The notes below the pieces were generated by a model. The model was not told the DNA's origin, ran no database searches, and saw only the letters and a list, made by a program, of their open reading frames with translations. Of a stretch of 64,000 bases of DNA, positions 41,465-54,820 are shown piece after piece (the stretch's first letter is position 1; each line of letters opens with the position of its first letter). The DNA comes from Octopus vulgaris. Its lineage: Eukaryota. Made by a program: the position numbers and the translations under genes. The DNA lies in assembly GCA_951406725.2 (NCBI GenBank), contig OX597820.1:32302001-32366000 (forward strand), written 5' to 3'.

Positions 41465-41469
<5 letters not shown>
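41342..41469. repeat. Near-perfect palindrome (~64-bp arms) from a HHR-bearing element
   Basis: Centre at 41405. Arms carry ATGA-ACG-gcaa-CGA-GAA-ACTCAGAGT-A-ACAG. Element 41270-41469 is flanked by (TA)n. Confidence 0.92.
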
Positions 41470-41537
<68 letters not shown>

Positions 41538-41788
41538 TGTATGTATGTATGTATGTATGCCTGTATTATATAGAAAGAGAGAGAGATAGAGAGATAGATA
41601 GAGAGAGAGATTTGCTGAGACTAACAGGAAAATAAAACTCAAAACATGAGTATATGTATTTTTTATTAGTATCAATCAGAGGTTATACAAGGACCTAGAG
41701 TTCCGTGTATTGATACTTATCAACCAATGAGTGCCAGTGAACAAAACTCTCGGCCCTTGACCTGGAATTTCTAACTTGTGCCAATTAG

Positions 41789-41908
<120 letters not shown>

Positions 41909-43000
41909 TAGTAATTCTCTAGAACAACACTATGTACAAAACCAAATATATGGCACCCTAGGCATAATACCAACATGAACTCATTTGAACTCAGAACGTA
42001 AAGACGCATGAAACACCGCTCAGCATTTTGCCAGGCGTGCTAACGATTCTGCCAGCTCACCGTCTTAATGATGATGATGATGATGATGATGATGATAAAT
42101 GCCCTGATGCAGTACCAGGCAGTGGCTCTTATGGCTTCTGATCTTAACTGATTGAAGGTGTTACTTTATACATGCTTTGTCTTGTGCTCAATACCACAAA
42201 TTTGCTTGTCAGTTGTTTGACCTTAACCAGTTGAGCATGTCCTTTAGTGGCTGACGATATGTGCTTGGGGGTTTGAATAATTCACCTCAGGAAACATGGG
42301 TGTTTCGTTCAACAATCTTAAACAACTTTTATTCAGGGAACATTTGAGCGGGATAGGTTACTCGATCTGAAGAAAATTCTACCTGGGCTGCACCTGCAAG
42401 GTCATGCACAGTGTATCTTGATATCTGATCACTATGATAACAATAATAATATAAATATATACACAAATACACATATACATATATGTACGAATACATGCAC
42501 GCGCACAAAACCTCTTAGTGTATACATATACAGAACAGTTATTTCTCTCGTCTGTAATATTTGTGTATATATTTATGTCTTACATATGTATGTCTAAATA
42601 TGTATATAACTATGTACATGCATCTGTGTATTTTGGTGTATATATATGTATATTATAAATGGTCTAGTATGCGTGTATACTGCTGAAAAAATATTTGTGT
42701 AATACAGCGTGAAAATTTCTAATTTTAATTTTAACGTATTAATTGACTTATATTTCGTATATGATTATTTACCATATATTATATTTCGTATATGATAATC
42801 TGTCCTTCGATTTGAGGTTTTCTTCGATTTTAGAATAGGATGAATTTATACTGAATTTATTTTGTTTATTGCATGCTTAAGACCTTTAGTTGAAAGGACC
42901 AATGAAACAAAGCCAATTTCAAAGGTGTATTCTTTTAAACTATTTTTTTTTTGTTCTTGTTTGATTTTAGTTCTTGTCGTCATTTCTGTTCCATTCTAAC

Positions 43001-43046
43001 AAAACTGATCGACGAACGGGAACGTGAAACTCTGAGTAACAGTTTT
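43001..43046 (+). ncRNA. Type I hammerhead (core degenerate, TCGACGA)
   Basis: AAAACTGa-TCGACGA-ACG-ggaa-CGT-GAA-ACTC-t-GAGT-A-aCAGTTTT. Confidence 0.65.
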
Positions 43047-43101
43047 TGTGATATTTCTGCTGCTTTTAAATAAAGTATATATATATGTATATATATTATA
43101 T

Positions 43102-43148
<47 letters not shown>

Positions 43149-43176
43149 ATATGTAGAAGGTTGAGTTGATATATAT

Positions 43177-43626
43177 GGAAAGAAAAGTCAAGGTAGAAAA
43201 TGCTAAAATAATTATATAAAAAACATTTCAGCACCGATTTCAGTCACTGAGACTTTTTCAACTGTAAGTATGGAAAACAATTAAATTTTGGGGAAAATTA
43301 AAGAAAAGTTTTTTAAACGAATATTTGCATAGTATTCAAATACAAGGGGCATTTTCCTTGTTTCTGCCTGTCTCTGTCTCTCTTGTTTACTCTTCGACCT
43401 CGAACTCACAAGAGTAAACAAGAGAGACAGAGACAGGCAGAAACAAGGAAAATACCCTTTGTATTTGAATACTATGCAAATATTCTTTTAAAAAACTTTT
43501 CTTTTAATTTTTCCAAAATTTAATTGTTTTTTATACTTAAAGTTGAAAAAGTCTCAATAACTGAAACCGGTACTGAAATATTTTTTTATAAAATTATTTT
43601 AGCATTTTCTACCTTGACTTTTTTCC
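43177..43626. repeat. Large foldback (~215-bp arms, 15-nt spacer) with a hammerhead in each arm
   Basis: Arms about 43177-43394 and 43410-43626. HHR motifs at 43229-43264 (-) and 43540-43575 (+), consensus CAG-TTGAAAA-AGTC-tcaat-GACT-GAA-ACCGGT-A-CTG. Confidence 0.88.
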
Positions 43627-43645
43627 ACCCACCCCCACCCACCCC

Positions 43646-43676
<31 letters not shown>

Positions 43677-43710
43677 GAAATAAAAGAATAAAAGAATATA
43701 TATATGTATG

Positions 43711-43744
<34 letters not shown>

Positions 43745-43746
43745 TG

Positions 43747-43782
<36 letters not shown>

Positions 43783-44771
43783 TGTATGTATGTGTATATG
43801 TATGTACATATGTGTATGTATGTATCTATTTATCTATCTACTTGTCTGATTGTCTGTATGTGTGTGTGTGTGTGTGAGGTGGGTATGCGGGTGATTGGAA
43901 AACAGCTCACGGGGTGACAACCATGCTCAGCATAGTTATGGGTCCCTTTGGCAAGGCATACCATCGTTTCAGCTACCCAGCCAGGGATACGGCGAAACCA
44001 TGGGACTGCAGCATGGCGGATTGTGAAGAGGTAGCGAAAGAGTTCAACTGATCCAACGGAGCTTGTTGGTGCTGATCGGAGGGATCCTAGAAGATCAAAG
44101 GTCAGGATCACCAAGCTCTGTCAAGAGAGTAGCTGCAACACATCCATAGGGGATGGTGTCCATGGTTTTGTTATCAGCTAATGAAAGATTCACTATGACT
44201 CAAGCTCCCAATTCAAATTCATAATAGAACTGGATGGTGGCAGAGAGTCATGGGAATCTGCGGTAGAAACAAAAAATATGCATGTATGTATGTACGTATA
44301 TATATATATATATGTATGCGTGTATGTATGTATGTATGTATGTATGTATGTATGTATGTATGTATGTATGTATGTATGTATGTATGTATGTATGTATGTA
44401 TGTGTACACACACATATACACGATATCGTGATGTTTCTGAACAAAATACTCTAAATAATTTTTAAGTACCAAGGATTATATTATTTAAGTTTTTCTGGGA
44501 AAAGCTGACAGGTACATGTTGTTTGCCGGAGTTGTTCTTATCGGCAGACATCCTCCCCCAACCAAAATTTGAAATCACCATCACCACCATCACCACCACC
44601 ACTACCATCATCATCGTCATCATCATCACTATCATTATTGCTATTGTTATTCAAATCCCGCCGAGGCCGACTTTACCGCTCATCTTTTCGTGGTCGAAAA
44701 AATAATTACCAGTTGAGTACTGGAGCCCTCCCACTAATTTCAAGCCTTGTACCTAAAGTAGAAGGAATTAT

Positions 44772-46010
44772 TTGTTGAAGGGATGCGTTCCAATGGTTAG
44801 GCAGTCAGTCTGTTGCCAGCTTCCTCTTAGTGGCGGATTATGTAAGCTGTGGTTCCTAATGCGCAGACACGCTCTTAGGTTATGCCACCTGCAACGATTT
44901 CTGGACGGTGAGCGTGTGTGGGCTCCGTTTGTGAAGCTCACCTTTCTGCAGCTCGTCTTCTTGTCGGAGCTGCAGTCTTGGGTGAAGAAAAAATCAGGAC
45001 TGGGCGCTTGGCACCTAGAATTTTGTCAGGCACTCACAGCCCTCGACCAGTCGGGCAATGAGATCGGTGGATGTTCCGCTTTAGAAACTTATAGAGGAAT
45101 GGAGGCGGGGATGTGTGACGACGTTTTGGGGGAGACTCTGGGCACCGAGGAGAACGGACTGGCTTGTCTGTTCCGGAGTACTTTGTGGTCGAGAACTATC
45201 ATGGATAATTTCCAGATGTCCTTAGCCTGGCAGTGCTACCGGAGGGTGCTACCGGTTCGAGATAAACTCTACAAGCACGGTTGTGCTATCAGTTGGGCTT
45301 CTCCGTGGTGCGCGCTGAGCGACAAAACCGTTCTGCATGCCCTCGTTCAGTATCCGAGCATTGCTGACTTGTGGCGTTTTGTCGAACAGCTGCTGCCCCG
45401 TGTGATACGGATCCGTCCGTCGGCCGACTCTGTAGTGCTGATCGCACCGCAGCCCTCCTTTAATCGGGCAGGAAAGGTAGTTTTCCTTTGCCTGGTGGCT
45501 GTGGAGAAAGAAGTTGTTTGGTGGACAAGGCTGAAAGGCATGAGGACTGACACATGTTCTTTGGTAGATCGCTCATTGACTTTTTAAAGTTTCACTTAAA
45601 AAAGAAATTGGGATTGGAAAGTGAAATGCTATCCTCGAGTGAGTTTATTGAATGGTGAGTGAAAGTTGCGAAAATGACAAGAGCGTAGACCCGTGAGTCG
45701 GAGAAAAAGAATTGGAAAGGACACTTGGTCCTGGGTTTCAGGGAAATCTCGGACAATGGAGTTCCTCGATTATCCCTACAGACTTTCCTGTGTCAGGAGG
45801 GCCACATCCCTATCATCCTCCCCGCCACTTTATAATTTTTATTTTATTTTAAACCTTTTTGTGCTGTGCCTGTGTCCCTTCTTTTTCTGTGTATACCGTG
45901 TATACTTAATTTTTCCTGTTACATTTTTTTTTATCATTTCATTATATGTCTGTCTTTATGTCTGTCTTTGTATTGTCCTCCTCATCTTTCGCCCTTGTGG
46001 CAAATAAATG
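44772..46010 (+). mobile_element. Tx1/L1-clade LINE ORF2 C-terminus (zf-RVT-like) plus 3' UTR
   Basis: LAWQCYRRVLPVRDKL...PWC...TVLHALVQ(C>Y)P...LW motif; AATAAA then (ATC/ACC/ATT)n. Confidence 0.8.
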
Positions 46011-46054
46011 AAATCATCATAATCATTACCACCACCACCACCACCACCACCACC

Positions 46055-46088
<34 letters not shown>

Positions 46089-46113
46089 TCATCATTATTA
46101 TTATTATTATTAA

Positions 46114-46155
<42 letters not shown>

Positions 46156-46351
46156 CATTATTATTATTATTATCATTATGATTATTACTTTTTTTTTCTT
46201 CTTTCAAATTTGCTTCCATTTCTTGCCGAGTGTCTTCCCGACTCCTAGGGCAAAGAAACTCATAGTATACAATGGTAGGCCATTAAACCAAACTCAGTAG
46301 ATCGTTCATTTTTTTATTATTATTATTATTATTAATATTATTATTATTATT

Positions 46352-46467
<116 letters not shown>

Positions 46468-46489
46468 CATCATCATCATCATCATCTCT

Positions 46490-46822
46490 TTATCACAGGT
46501 TCTGTTGGAGGTCCTGGAGTCTTGCATGGAGTTTACTACCTGCAGCCTACGGTACCATACCACCCGTTCTTTGCAGCTATATAATACTTTCCTGGTTATT
46601 CTGACCGTGCCAAGGAGGCAAACCTTCTGTAACAGTTCTATTGGGCACACTATTCCAATTTCCTTTGTATTCCTCTTGATGCCTTCTGATACTATTCCCA
46701 AGGACACAACAATGATTGGCACTATCTTCCCAGGACCCCAGTAACTACAGGTACTGAACCTGAACTTGTAATCTGGATAGAGTAACTGCAGATTACTCAA
46801 TAGTTCAGCGTAGGTGTTCTCT
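46490..46822 (-). mobile_element. Two fused RLE-type non-LTR fragments
   Basis: ENTYAELLSNLQLLYPDYKFRF (family of 7380) joined to IVPIIVVSLG...LLQKVCLLGTVRITRKVL (Dong/R4-like C-terminus) with (ATG/ATA)n tail. Confidence 0.72.
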
Positions 46823-47055
46823 ATGTATGTATGTATGTATGTATGTATGTATGTATGTATGTATGTATGTATGTATGTATGCATGTATGTATATATGTAT
46901 GTATGTTGAGACGCTTTCAGGTATGTGTTGGCACGCATGAGTGTGTCATAATTTAAAAACAAAGTTATGTGTGTGTGTGTGAGTATGAGTGAGCGTGAGT
47001 GCGCTTCTGTGTTGTATATACGACTGTGAGTGAATGTTTGTGTGTGTACTTGTAT

Positions 47056-47092
<37 letters not shown>

Positions 47093-47289
47093 CGTTTGTG
47101 TCCATGAAGGCCATGTACAGATAATGTGCGCAGAAGAAACGTATGAATGGCCGTCTTTGTAAGTCGACTGACACCTGCTATGTCATCAACCGAATTGCTA
47201 CATGGACAAAACAAATACAATTATTATTATTATTGTCATTATTATTATTAATAGTAGTAGTAGTAGTAGTAGTAGTAGTAACACTGCTG

Positions 47290-47337
<48 letters not shown>

Positions 47338-47614
47338 ATAATAATAATAATAATAATAATAAAATAAAATACTACTAATACTACTACTACTAAAGCAGTT
47401 GTAGTTTAGTGCCAATATCTGTAATTGTAGTAAAAGTAGTAGTAGTCGAAGTTGTAGAAGTAGCACTAGTCCCAACAGCAGTACTAGGTGCTGTTGTAGT
47501 AGTAGCAGTGGTAGTGGTGGTGGTTGTGGTGATGGCGGGTTTTTCCTAGTAGTACTAGATGCTGAAGTTGTTCTAGTCATTGTAACAGCAGTAGTAGAAG
47601 TAGTAGTATTAGTT

Positions 47615-47650
<36 letters not shown>

Positions 47651-47789
47651 TTGGTGGTAGGGTGCCAGTAGTTGTAGCAGCTGTTGATGTCGTTGCTGTA
47701 ATAGTCATAATAGTGATGGTGCTGGTACTATCATTATTATTATAACTAGTAGTAGCACAGTAGTAGCAGCAGTAGTAGTAGCAGCAGCA

Positions 47790-47822
<33 letters not shown>

Positions 47823-47994
47823 CAGCAGTAGTAGTAGTAGTAGCACAGTAGTAGTAGTAGTAGTAGTTGTTGTTGTTGTTGTAGTAGTAATAGTAGTAGT
47901 AGTAGCTGTATTAGTAGTAGCAGTAGTAGTAGCAGCAGCAGTAGTAGTAGTTGTTGTTGTTGTTGTAGTAGTAGTAGTAGTAGTAGTAGCAGCT

Positions 47995-48054
<60 letters not shown>

Positions 48055-48359
48055 ATGGTCGTAGAACTAGTATGGTGTCAAAGCAGGAAGTTTTGTCAGT
48101 GGATTTCTGAGAAAAACGACGGCATTCACAATAACAACTAGATCACATTTCGTTGCAATCACTACGCAGTGATTAAGTGGAGTGGTGTGGATGGGTGTAG
48201 GGTGGTGTTTCGTGCTTGCACTTGCGGCAGCATTCACTCGGTGTGGGTGGAACCGACTCCGATCAACGCGTTCACCACGTTGGTCACCTCATGAATGTTA
48301 ACCACTTGCGACGGTCGGCCTCAGGTCGAGGCTGTCAAATTTGGCAAATGACTCACTTT

Positions 48360-48930
48360 TCTACACTAGGCACAAGGCCCGAAATTTTTGGAGAGGGTGC
48401 CAGTCGATTAGATCGACTCCAGTACGCAACTGGTACTTAATTTATCGACCCCGAAAAGATGTAAGGCAAAGTCGACCTCGAAAGAATTTGAACTCAGAAC
48501 GTAAAGACATTTTCACCCGGCGTGCTAACGTGTCTTATCTACTCTAGGCACAAGGCCCGAAATTTTTGGGGAGGGGGCCAGTCGATTAGATCGTCTCCAG
48601 TACGCAATTGTTACTTAATTTATCGACCCCGAAAAGATGTAAGGCAAATCCACCTCGGCGGAATTTGAACTCAGAACATAAAAACAGACGAAATACCTAT
48701 TTCTTTATTACCCACAAGGGGCTAAACATAGAGGGGACAACCAAGGACAGACATAGGTATTAAGTCGATTACATCGACCCCAGTGCGTAACTGGTACTTA
48801 ATTTATCGACCTCGATAGGATGAAAGACAAAGTCGACCTCGGCGGAATTTGAACTCAGAACGTAACGGCAGACGAAATACTGCTAAGCATTTTGCTCGGC
48901 ATGCTAACGTTTCTGCCAGCTCGCCGCCTT
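48360..48930 (-). mobile_element. Tandem/nested SINE family B copies
   Basis: Three repeats of tttatcgacc(c/t)cga...ggaatttgaactcagaac. Confidence 0.85.
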
Positions 48931-49550
48931 GGTGGCAAATGCCTCACTGAGAGAGTAAAGCCGGTCGGATGGTGCGGACGCCGGAGATGTAGTCGTGGTC
49001 ATCATTCAATGTTAAGGTGTAGAGTACATGATTGGAGTTTCAGGAGGAATACTAGTCAGCATATGGTTCCCGGTCATACGTATACACATTTTAGGGTTGT
49101 GTGATCCCGTAGCTGCTCATCTTGCCATCGATTGTCGACCATCGCAGAGGATTGGCTGATTAAATCACCGCCGATTATCAGAGCAGACGTAGCCTGTGTT
49201 TGAAGCGGGTTCTAGAAACATCCTCTATGAAAAAGTTAAGGGTGTGCCTCACTGTAATTTTAAGAATTCGGCGTCTCATTAAATTTGGAAACTGGATTTG
49301 CATAAGTAACGTATTGCCGGCAGCAAGTTCAATTTTGTAACGGCCGACTCATTAAGCAGTTTGTGATTCAAAGTTATGACGCACTTTAGAGCGAATTTAA
49401 ATGTTGAACCGATCCTGCGTGTGTTTAAACGAAACAGAATTAAAATGAAACACTGAGTTTAATGAAAACTCAAAGTATCAGATATAAAGACAGAGCATAC
49501 TCTTAGTCACGTTACAGTTCATTACAGTTAAATACATTATAGAATATATC

Positions 49551-51328
49551 ATTACCTACGCCTTCGCTAAGGTGGAGGTATTGTTTTCAGTCGTGTTTGT
49601 TAGTTTGTCCGTGGACAAGATATCTCAAGAACCGCTGGATGGATTCGGATGAAACTTTCAGAGATGTTTGGCCTTATGACTGGCACGAACTGGTTGGATT
49701 TTGGGATCGATATGGTAACGGACAAAGGTTCTGGATTATTATCAGTTTTTTTTTACCGAATTTTTGAGAGCGGTCGTGTTCATTTTTAGTATTTCCGTTT
49801 CTAAAAGCAGTCGAGTTTATTTCAGAAATTTTCATTTTAAAAATTATCTCCGGCTAATCGCTGAGAGGACGTTGGTGTTCTAGTAGAGTCAGTTGATTCC
49901 CTGTTGCATTTGATGTGGGTTCGCTTCATGTGAGTCTTGTTGTTGTTTAAATTGTTGAAGGTCTACCGCACTTAATTGGTGTATTACTGAATTGTTAAAT
50001 TTATTGTTACCTGTGAATTTTTATTGTCTTCCCCATTTATGGGTGAAGTTGTGAATAACAACATTATGGAAAGTCAATCGGTTCTAGCAGGCAGTTACGC
50101 TGCAGTAACGGGGAATAGTCTAACGGCAGATATCCTGCAAGTAAGAGAAATTCGACTGAACGACACAAATTTTAAGAAATATAATGAATTGCTACGGAAG
50201 GAGGGAGACAGCTTGAGGCTGACGCCGCCCCACGAAATTATGGAAGAAAAAAAACAGAAAAAAAGACAGTAATATACAAAGCACTGTCTATTGCTACAAA
50301 AAGAGTTGAAATAGCTGCAGCAGAATGCTTGAAAAGAATGCTTGAAAAAAATCAAAAGCCTAACTACGTATTACGCCAGAGGAAACAAATATGGCACAGT
50401 GGAGGTACGCTTCGCGAGTGAACAAGAAGCGATAAAACACTCCACTGTACCTTTGAGAGTGGGTACTGCTACCAACCTACTGTGGCAAACGTGCGGCCAG
50501 AGTTAGGATTGGTTGAGTGCCCCCAGAAATTGACGAGGCGTGGCTGGTGGCAGCCATCCTCTATAAAACAGAAGAGGAAACTAAAATACTTAAAATTACA
50601 AGAACTACGGAGGTAAACTGCTGGAGATACGGCCTTGAGGTGATAGTCCACATTACTTTGCTAGATCTTCATAAAATCACAGAACTAGTTTTGCCCAATG
50701 AAACGAAGTTAAGAATCGTGATGGGAGGAAGACCTATTTGCTTTCAATGTGGAGTATGGGGACACATGAAAGCTAAGTGTCCCCAGAAACACGAAGAGGT
50801 GGAGATAGAGAAAGAACAACAAGAAGAAGAGGTTTCAACTTTAGAGGAGCAAAGTATGGAAGAACAGTACACAGTGGTGAAGAGGAAGCAGAGTAACGCG
50901 GACTAACCACCAAAAAGTCCCAGGAAAAAAAGAAAAGGAAATGGAGAGGAGACGCAGAGCGTGAAGCAAGGAAAAGCGAACAAGCAGAGAAAAAAATGGA
51001 AGGTCAACAAAAGTAAGCGACAAAGTCGAAGAGCGAAAAGAGAGACCGTTACCAACAACCAGCAAGGAGGATAAAGTACAGAAGAAAAAGGAAGATGAAA
51101 GAGAAATGATGACAACAAAGAATGAGAGGCAGAGATAGAAATACCAGCAACAGTAGAAGAGATTAGTGAAGAAAAACAGAGAGAGAGACACCGAAAGGAG
51201 AACAATTAAGAAATATGATACAAGATACAAAAAGTGTAGAGATAGTAAAAAAGGTTGCGAAAATGAATGTAATTAGAATTACATTGTCACCCAACGAGAA
51301 CAATGGTTTGAAAGTTATTCTGCTGGAA

Positions 51329-51377
<49 letters not shown>

Positions 51378-51860
51378 GAGAGAAAGAGAGGAGAAAGGTT
51401 AAAGGAATCGTTTGGTGAAAAGTTAGAAGTGATACCGGTACAGTATCGTTTTGATGAACTGCCGCCGGTGGTGGCATTCGAAGATTTAACGGAGTATTTG
51501 GTGTAAATGAGGGTAGGTAAGGAAATTTAAGACTTTGTGTAAGACTTAGTGACTTTGTGTAAATTTTAAAAAAAAGGGAAACCAACGGATACAAGACAGA
51601 ATATTGAACTGTTAGTAAAACGTTATATAAAAACAGTAAAATGAAACTGCCTGCTTATGGGGTGGGGGGTGCAGATAAGCCATTCCATCCTCATTTTTCA
51701 TTGTATCCATAATTTCATACGATATGTGTTTTTATGTACACCATTGTATTGCTTTGTATGTCATTGTACTGTCCCCTCTCTATAAGAGCCATGTGCTCAA
51801 TAAAAGAAGAAAGGACGTAGGTGTTGTCTTGGCGGAGGTTTGCGCTCTCTGAGTGCTCTT
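49551..51860 (+). mobile_element. Helentron-associated (HINE/DINE-1-like) element interrupted by a LINE
   Basis: 5' palindromic subTIR acctacgcc...ggtggaggt; core gatatctcaagaaccgctggatggattcggatgaaacttt; 3' subTIR ggcggaggt plus hairpin gcgctc-tct-gagtgc before TT. Confidence 0.7.
49880..51811 (+). mobile_element. ORF1-only L1/Tx1-like retroelement (1.9 kb) with 14-bp TSD
   Basis: Broken ORF1 (MESQSVLAGSYAAV...; gag knuckle CFQCGVWGHMKAKC), no RT, ends AATAAAagaaga. TSD aggacgttggtgtt (49866-49879) / aggacgtaggtgtt (51812-51825). Confidence 0.78.
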
Positions 51861-52489
51861 GCTTATGTTTGAAAGTTTAGGGCTGGATTAGAAAGTGTCG
51901 GTTACTATCACTAAGACGGCGAATTAGGCAGAACATATGGAATGTATCGCAGTAATTGTTTTGATCCTCTGTGCTCTGAGTTCAAATCCCACCAAAGCGA
52001 GCTTTGCTTTTTAATCGCCCGGGGGTCGATAAAAAGGTGCCAGTCTAAGTCAGTGAATTGGTCGAGCTGTGAGAAGGTTGAGCAAGATGCTTTGTGGTAT
52101 TTGTATCGAAATATAGTTATCTGAGTTCAAATCACAACGAAGAAAATTTTGTCTTTTATTCTTCCCGGGGTCGATAAAAAAAGGCATCAATCTAGGTCAG
52201 TGGATTAGAGGAAATGTAAGAGTGGCGGATAAGATACCTTGTGGTATTTGTTCTGTTTTTTTTTTTTACATTCTGAAATCAACGACTGCCGTGACACTGG
52301 TGCCCAGCGGCATCGGCCCACGTGAGGGGTCTTTCTATTTGATAAACTTTAGTAGTGTGGAGAGAACAAGATTTAAACGCGTAGGCAGTTACTAAACTTC
52401 CTTAAAGAAATTTTACCCAGACCTGCTCATACATGATTAGATGTATGGTCAGTTTGACCGATAGAAGCCCTTATTGATTGCTACGTATG

Positions 52490-52523
<34 letters not shown>

Positions 52524-52699
52524 TGTATGTATGTATGTATGTATGTATGTATGTATGTATGTATGTATATGTATGTATGTATCTATGTATATATATGTAT
52601 GTACGTATGTAAGTACGTATGTATATATTTATGTATGTATGTATGTATGTATATATGTATGCATGTATGTATGTACGTATGTATGTATGTACGTTGTTG

Positions 52700-53780
52700 T
52701 CACCACATCCTTCTCGGACAGGACACTGTGACGCAAAACCTAGGTTTTCATGTGATTGCTGGTCATCTCGCTTCGGCCAGTCGTTGAGTAGTAATCACGG
52801 AAGTTCGTGTCGTACAATCGTTTATTACTATAAGCCAATTGTTACTATAATCTGCAACTAATATGGTGATTGTGAAATTCATCAGAGAGGGGAAGGAGTC
52901 CACATCACTTCGCCCAGGTCAACCAGAGCCCACTGACAGGACCTTTTGCTTTGTTGAGTGAAGTGTGGAGGATAATCCTCATTGTAAGTCAGAACAAGTT
53001 GATGTCAGTCCCAGCACAGCTGTCAGGTATCTCCACAAACTTGGCTACTATGGCAGAGCAGCAAGAAGGTAACCACTTCTTTAATCAGCTAATATCAAGT
53101 GGAAAAATATTGGGGCAGTGAGATAATGGAGTAGCCGCTAGCATTTTGGGACACTATCGTATTCTCTGATGAGTCCAGATTTTCTGTATTTTCTGGCAGT
53201 GGTCGAGTGAAGGTCTAGATACTCTGTGATAAAGAATTTGACATGAAAAGAGTGCTGCCAACAATGAAATGAGGCAGCTATTCTGCAATGGTCTGGGGTG
53301 CAGTTTGGAGCAATGGTCAATCAGAGCTGGTGGAGTGTGATGGAAAGATAAACTCAGATAAATATGTATCCTTATTGCAGAAAGAACTCCTTCGAATCTT
53401 CTCCAACGGTGAAATAATTAAAGAAAATTCTTGACACACGGCTAAAAAGATCCAAGATTAGTTGGAAAAGAATGGCATTAAAAAACTTTCATAGCCAAGC
53501 CAGCCACTAGATATGAACCCCATTGAACACCTCTGTGGCATAATGGGCAGGACATTTCGTAAAAAGAACAAGAAAGCATCTTCAAAGCCAGATCCTTTGA
53601 GATTACTGCATGAATCTTGGCAAGACATTCCCCAAGAGAATATTCGTCATCTGATCAGAAAAATGCAAAGGGCATGTCTACTAAATATTAGATATTCACA
53701 TTATAATAATTAATAAGTAATTTGAATGTATAATTTTAGATTAAAAAAATTTTTAATGATTATAAGGGTGTCTATTTACT
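52700..53780 (+). pseudogene. Tc1-like transposase remnant
   Basis: IVFSDESRF, MVWG, PLDMNPIEHL (SPDLNPIEN-like) motifs with stops and frameshifts. Confidence 0.8.
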
Positions 53781-53835
53781 TCTGTCATGTGTGTGTGTGT
53801 GTGTGATGTGTACGTATATATATATATACATATAT

Positions 53836-54053
53836 ACGAGGGGGTGCTGAAAAGTTCCTGGCTTTAACAGTATTATGAAAGACCTGGTTGGAGGCCAAAC
53901 CTTCCAAGTTCTTTTACAGGGCTTAAAAAACTGAAGGACCGTTGCAAAAAGAATGTGTATCTGAGGGGGGAATACGTTGTAAAAAATCATAATTAATGAT
54001 ACTCCTGTATTTTCTTTTACCAAAGGCTAGGAATTTTTCAGTTCACCCTTGTC
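53836..54053. mobile_element. Mariner-type MITE
   Basis: TA-cgagggggtgctgaaaagttcctggcttt ... aaggctaggaatttttcagttcacccttg imperfect TIRs. Confidence 0.65.
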
Positions 54054-54142
54054 TATGTAAATATACATAGAGTATTTTTTTTCTGCGCTCGATTGAAATC
54101 TTTTATCGTTTAGTGTTTCTAGCAAGCTTAGTGGACATGTTA

Positions 54143-54256
54143 AGCAGTCGCGAGCAACCTGCGGCCCACGGGACTTTCTGAATTTAACGAAAAATTAGCG
54201 TGAATTTTTTTGGTGTCTCATGCGGCCTGCCTCTCGAAAGCGGGTGCTCATACCTG
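54143..54256. mobile_element. Small hAT-like MITE remnant
   Basis: cag...gagcaacctgcggccc ... gcggcctg...ggtgctcatacctg. Confidence 0.4.
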
Positions 54257-54379
54257 GTGTAATGGCTCCTTCATTGGTTCTGTAGGCAGTGACTAAAGTG
54301 GTATTAGAGTTGTTGTTGTTGTTCATTATTTACATTGTTTACATTCGACGGATACTTGTCCTCATCTTGTTTGTTGTTA

Positions 54380-54423
54380 ACAAAACGTTTCGGCTGATAT
54401 ACCCTCCAGCCTTCTTCAGGTGT
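54380..54423 (-). ncRNA. Minimal type I hammerhead (classic Penelope form)
   Basis: ACAC-CTGAAGA-A-GGCTG-gagggtatat-CAGCC-GAA-ACGT-T-TTGT. Confidence 0.8.
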
Positions 54424-54471
54424 CTTGGGGGAAATGTTTGAACCTATGTTATTCTTCTTCTTCTTCTTCTT

Positions 54472-54633
<162 letters not shown>

Positions 54634-54786
54634 GTTGTTGTTGTTGTTGTTGTTGTTGTTCGGGTCACTGCTTAGAATCGGACTCGGAATCTTGGGGGTT
54701 AGTAGCCCGCTCTCTTAACCACTACGTCATATGCCCGTGGGATTATGTAAATATGTACATAATTCCTCATCTCTTAAATATAGAAC

Positions 54787-54820
<34 letters not shown>

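Noticed and set aside
43915-44010. Possible HDV-like ribozyme (ggcgaaaccatgggac) in a putative LINE 5' UTR
   Set aside because: Could not build the full nested double pseudoknot (P1.1 GG missing, weak P3). An Infernal/RNArobo search would be needed.
53166-53177. CTGATGAGTCC, a textbook hammerhead core start
   Set aside because: It is the Tc1 FSDES coding motif; there is no stem II closure or GAAA-palindrome downstream.
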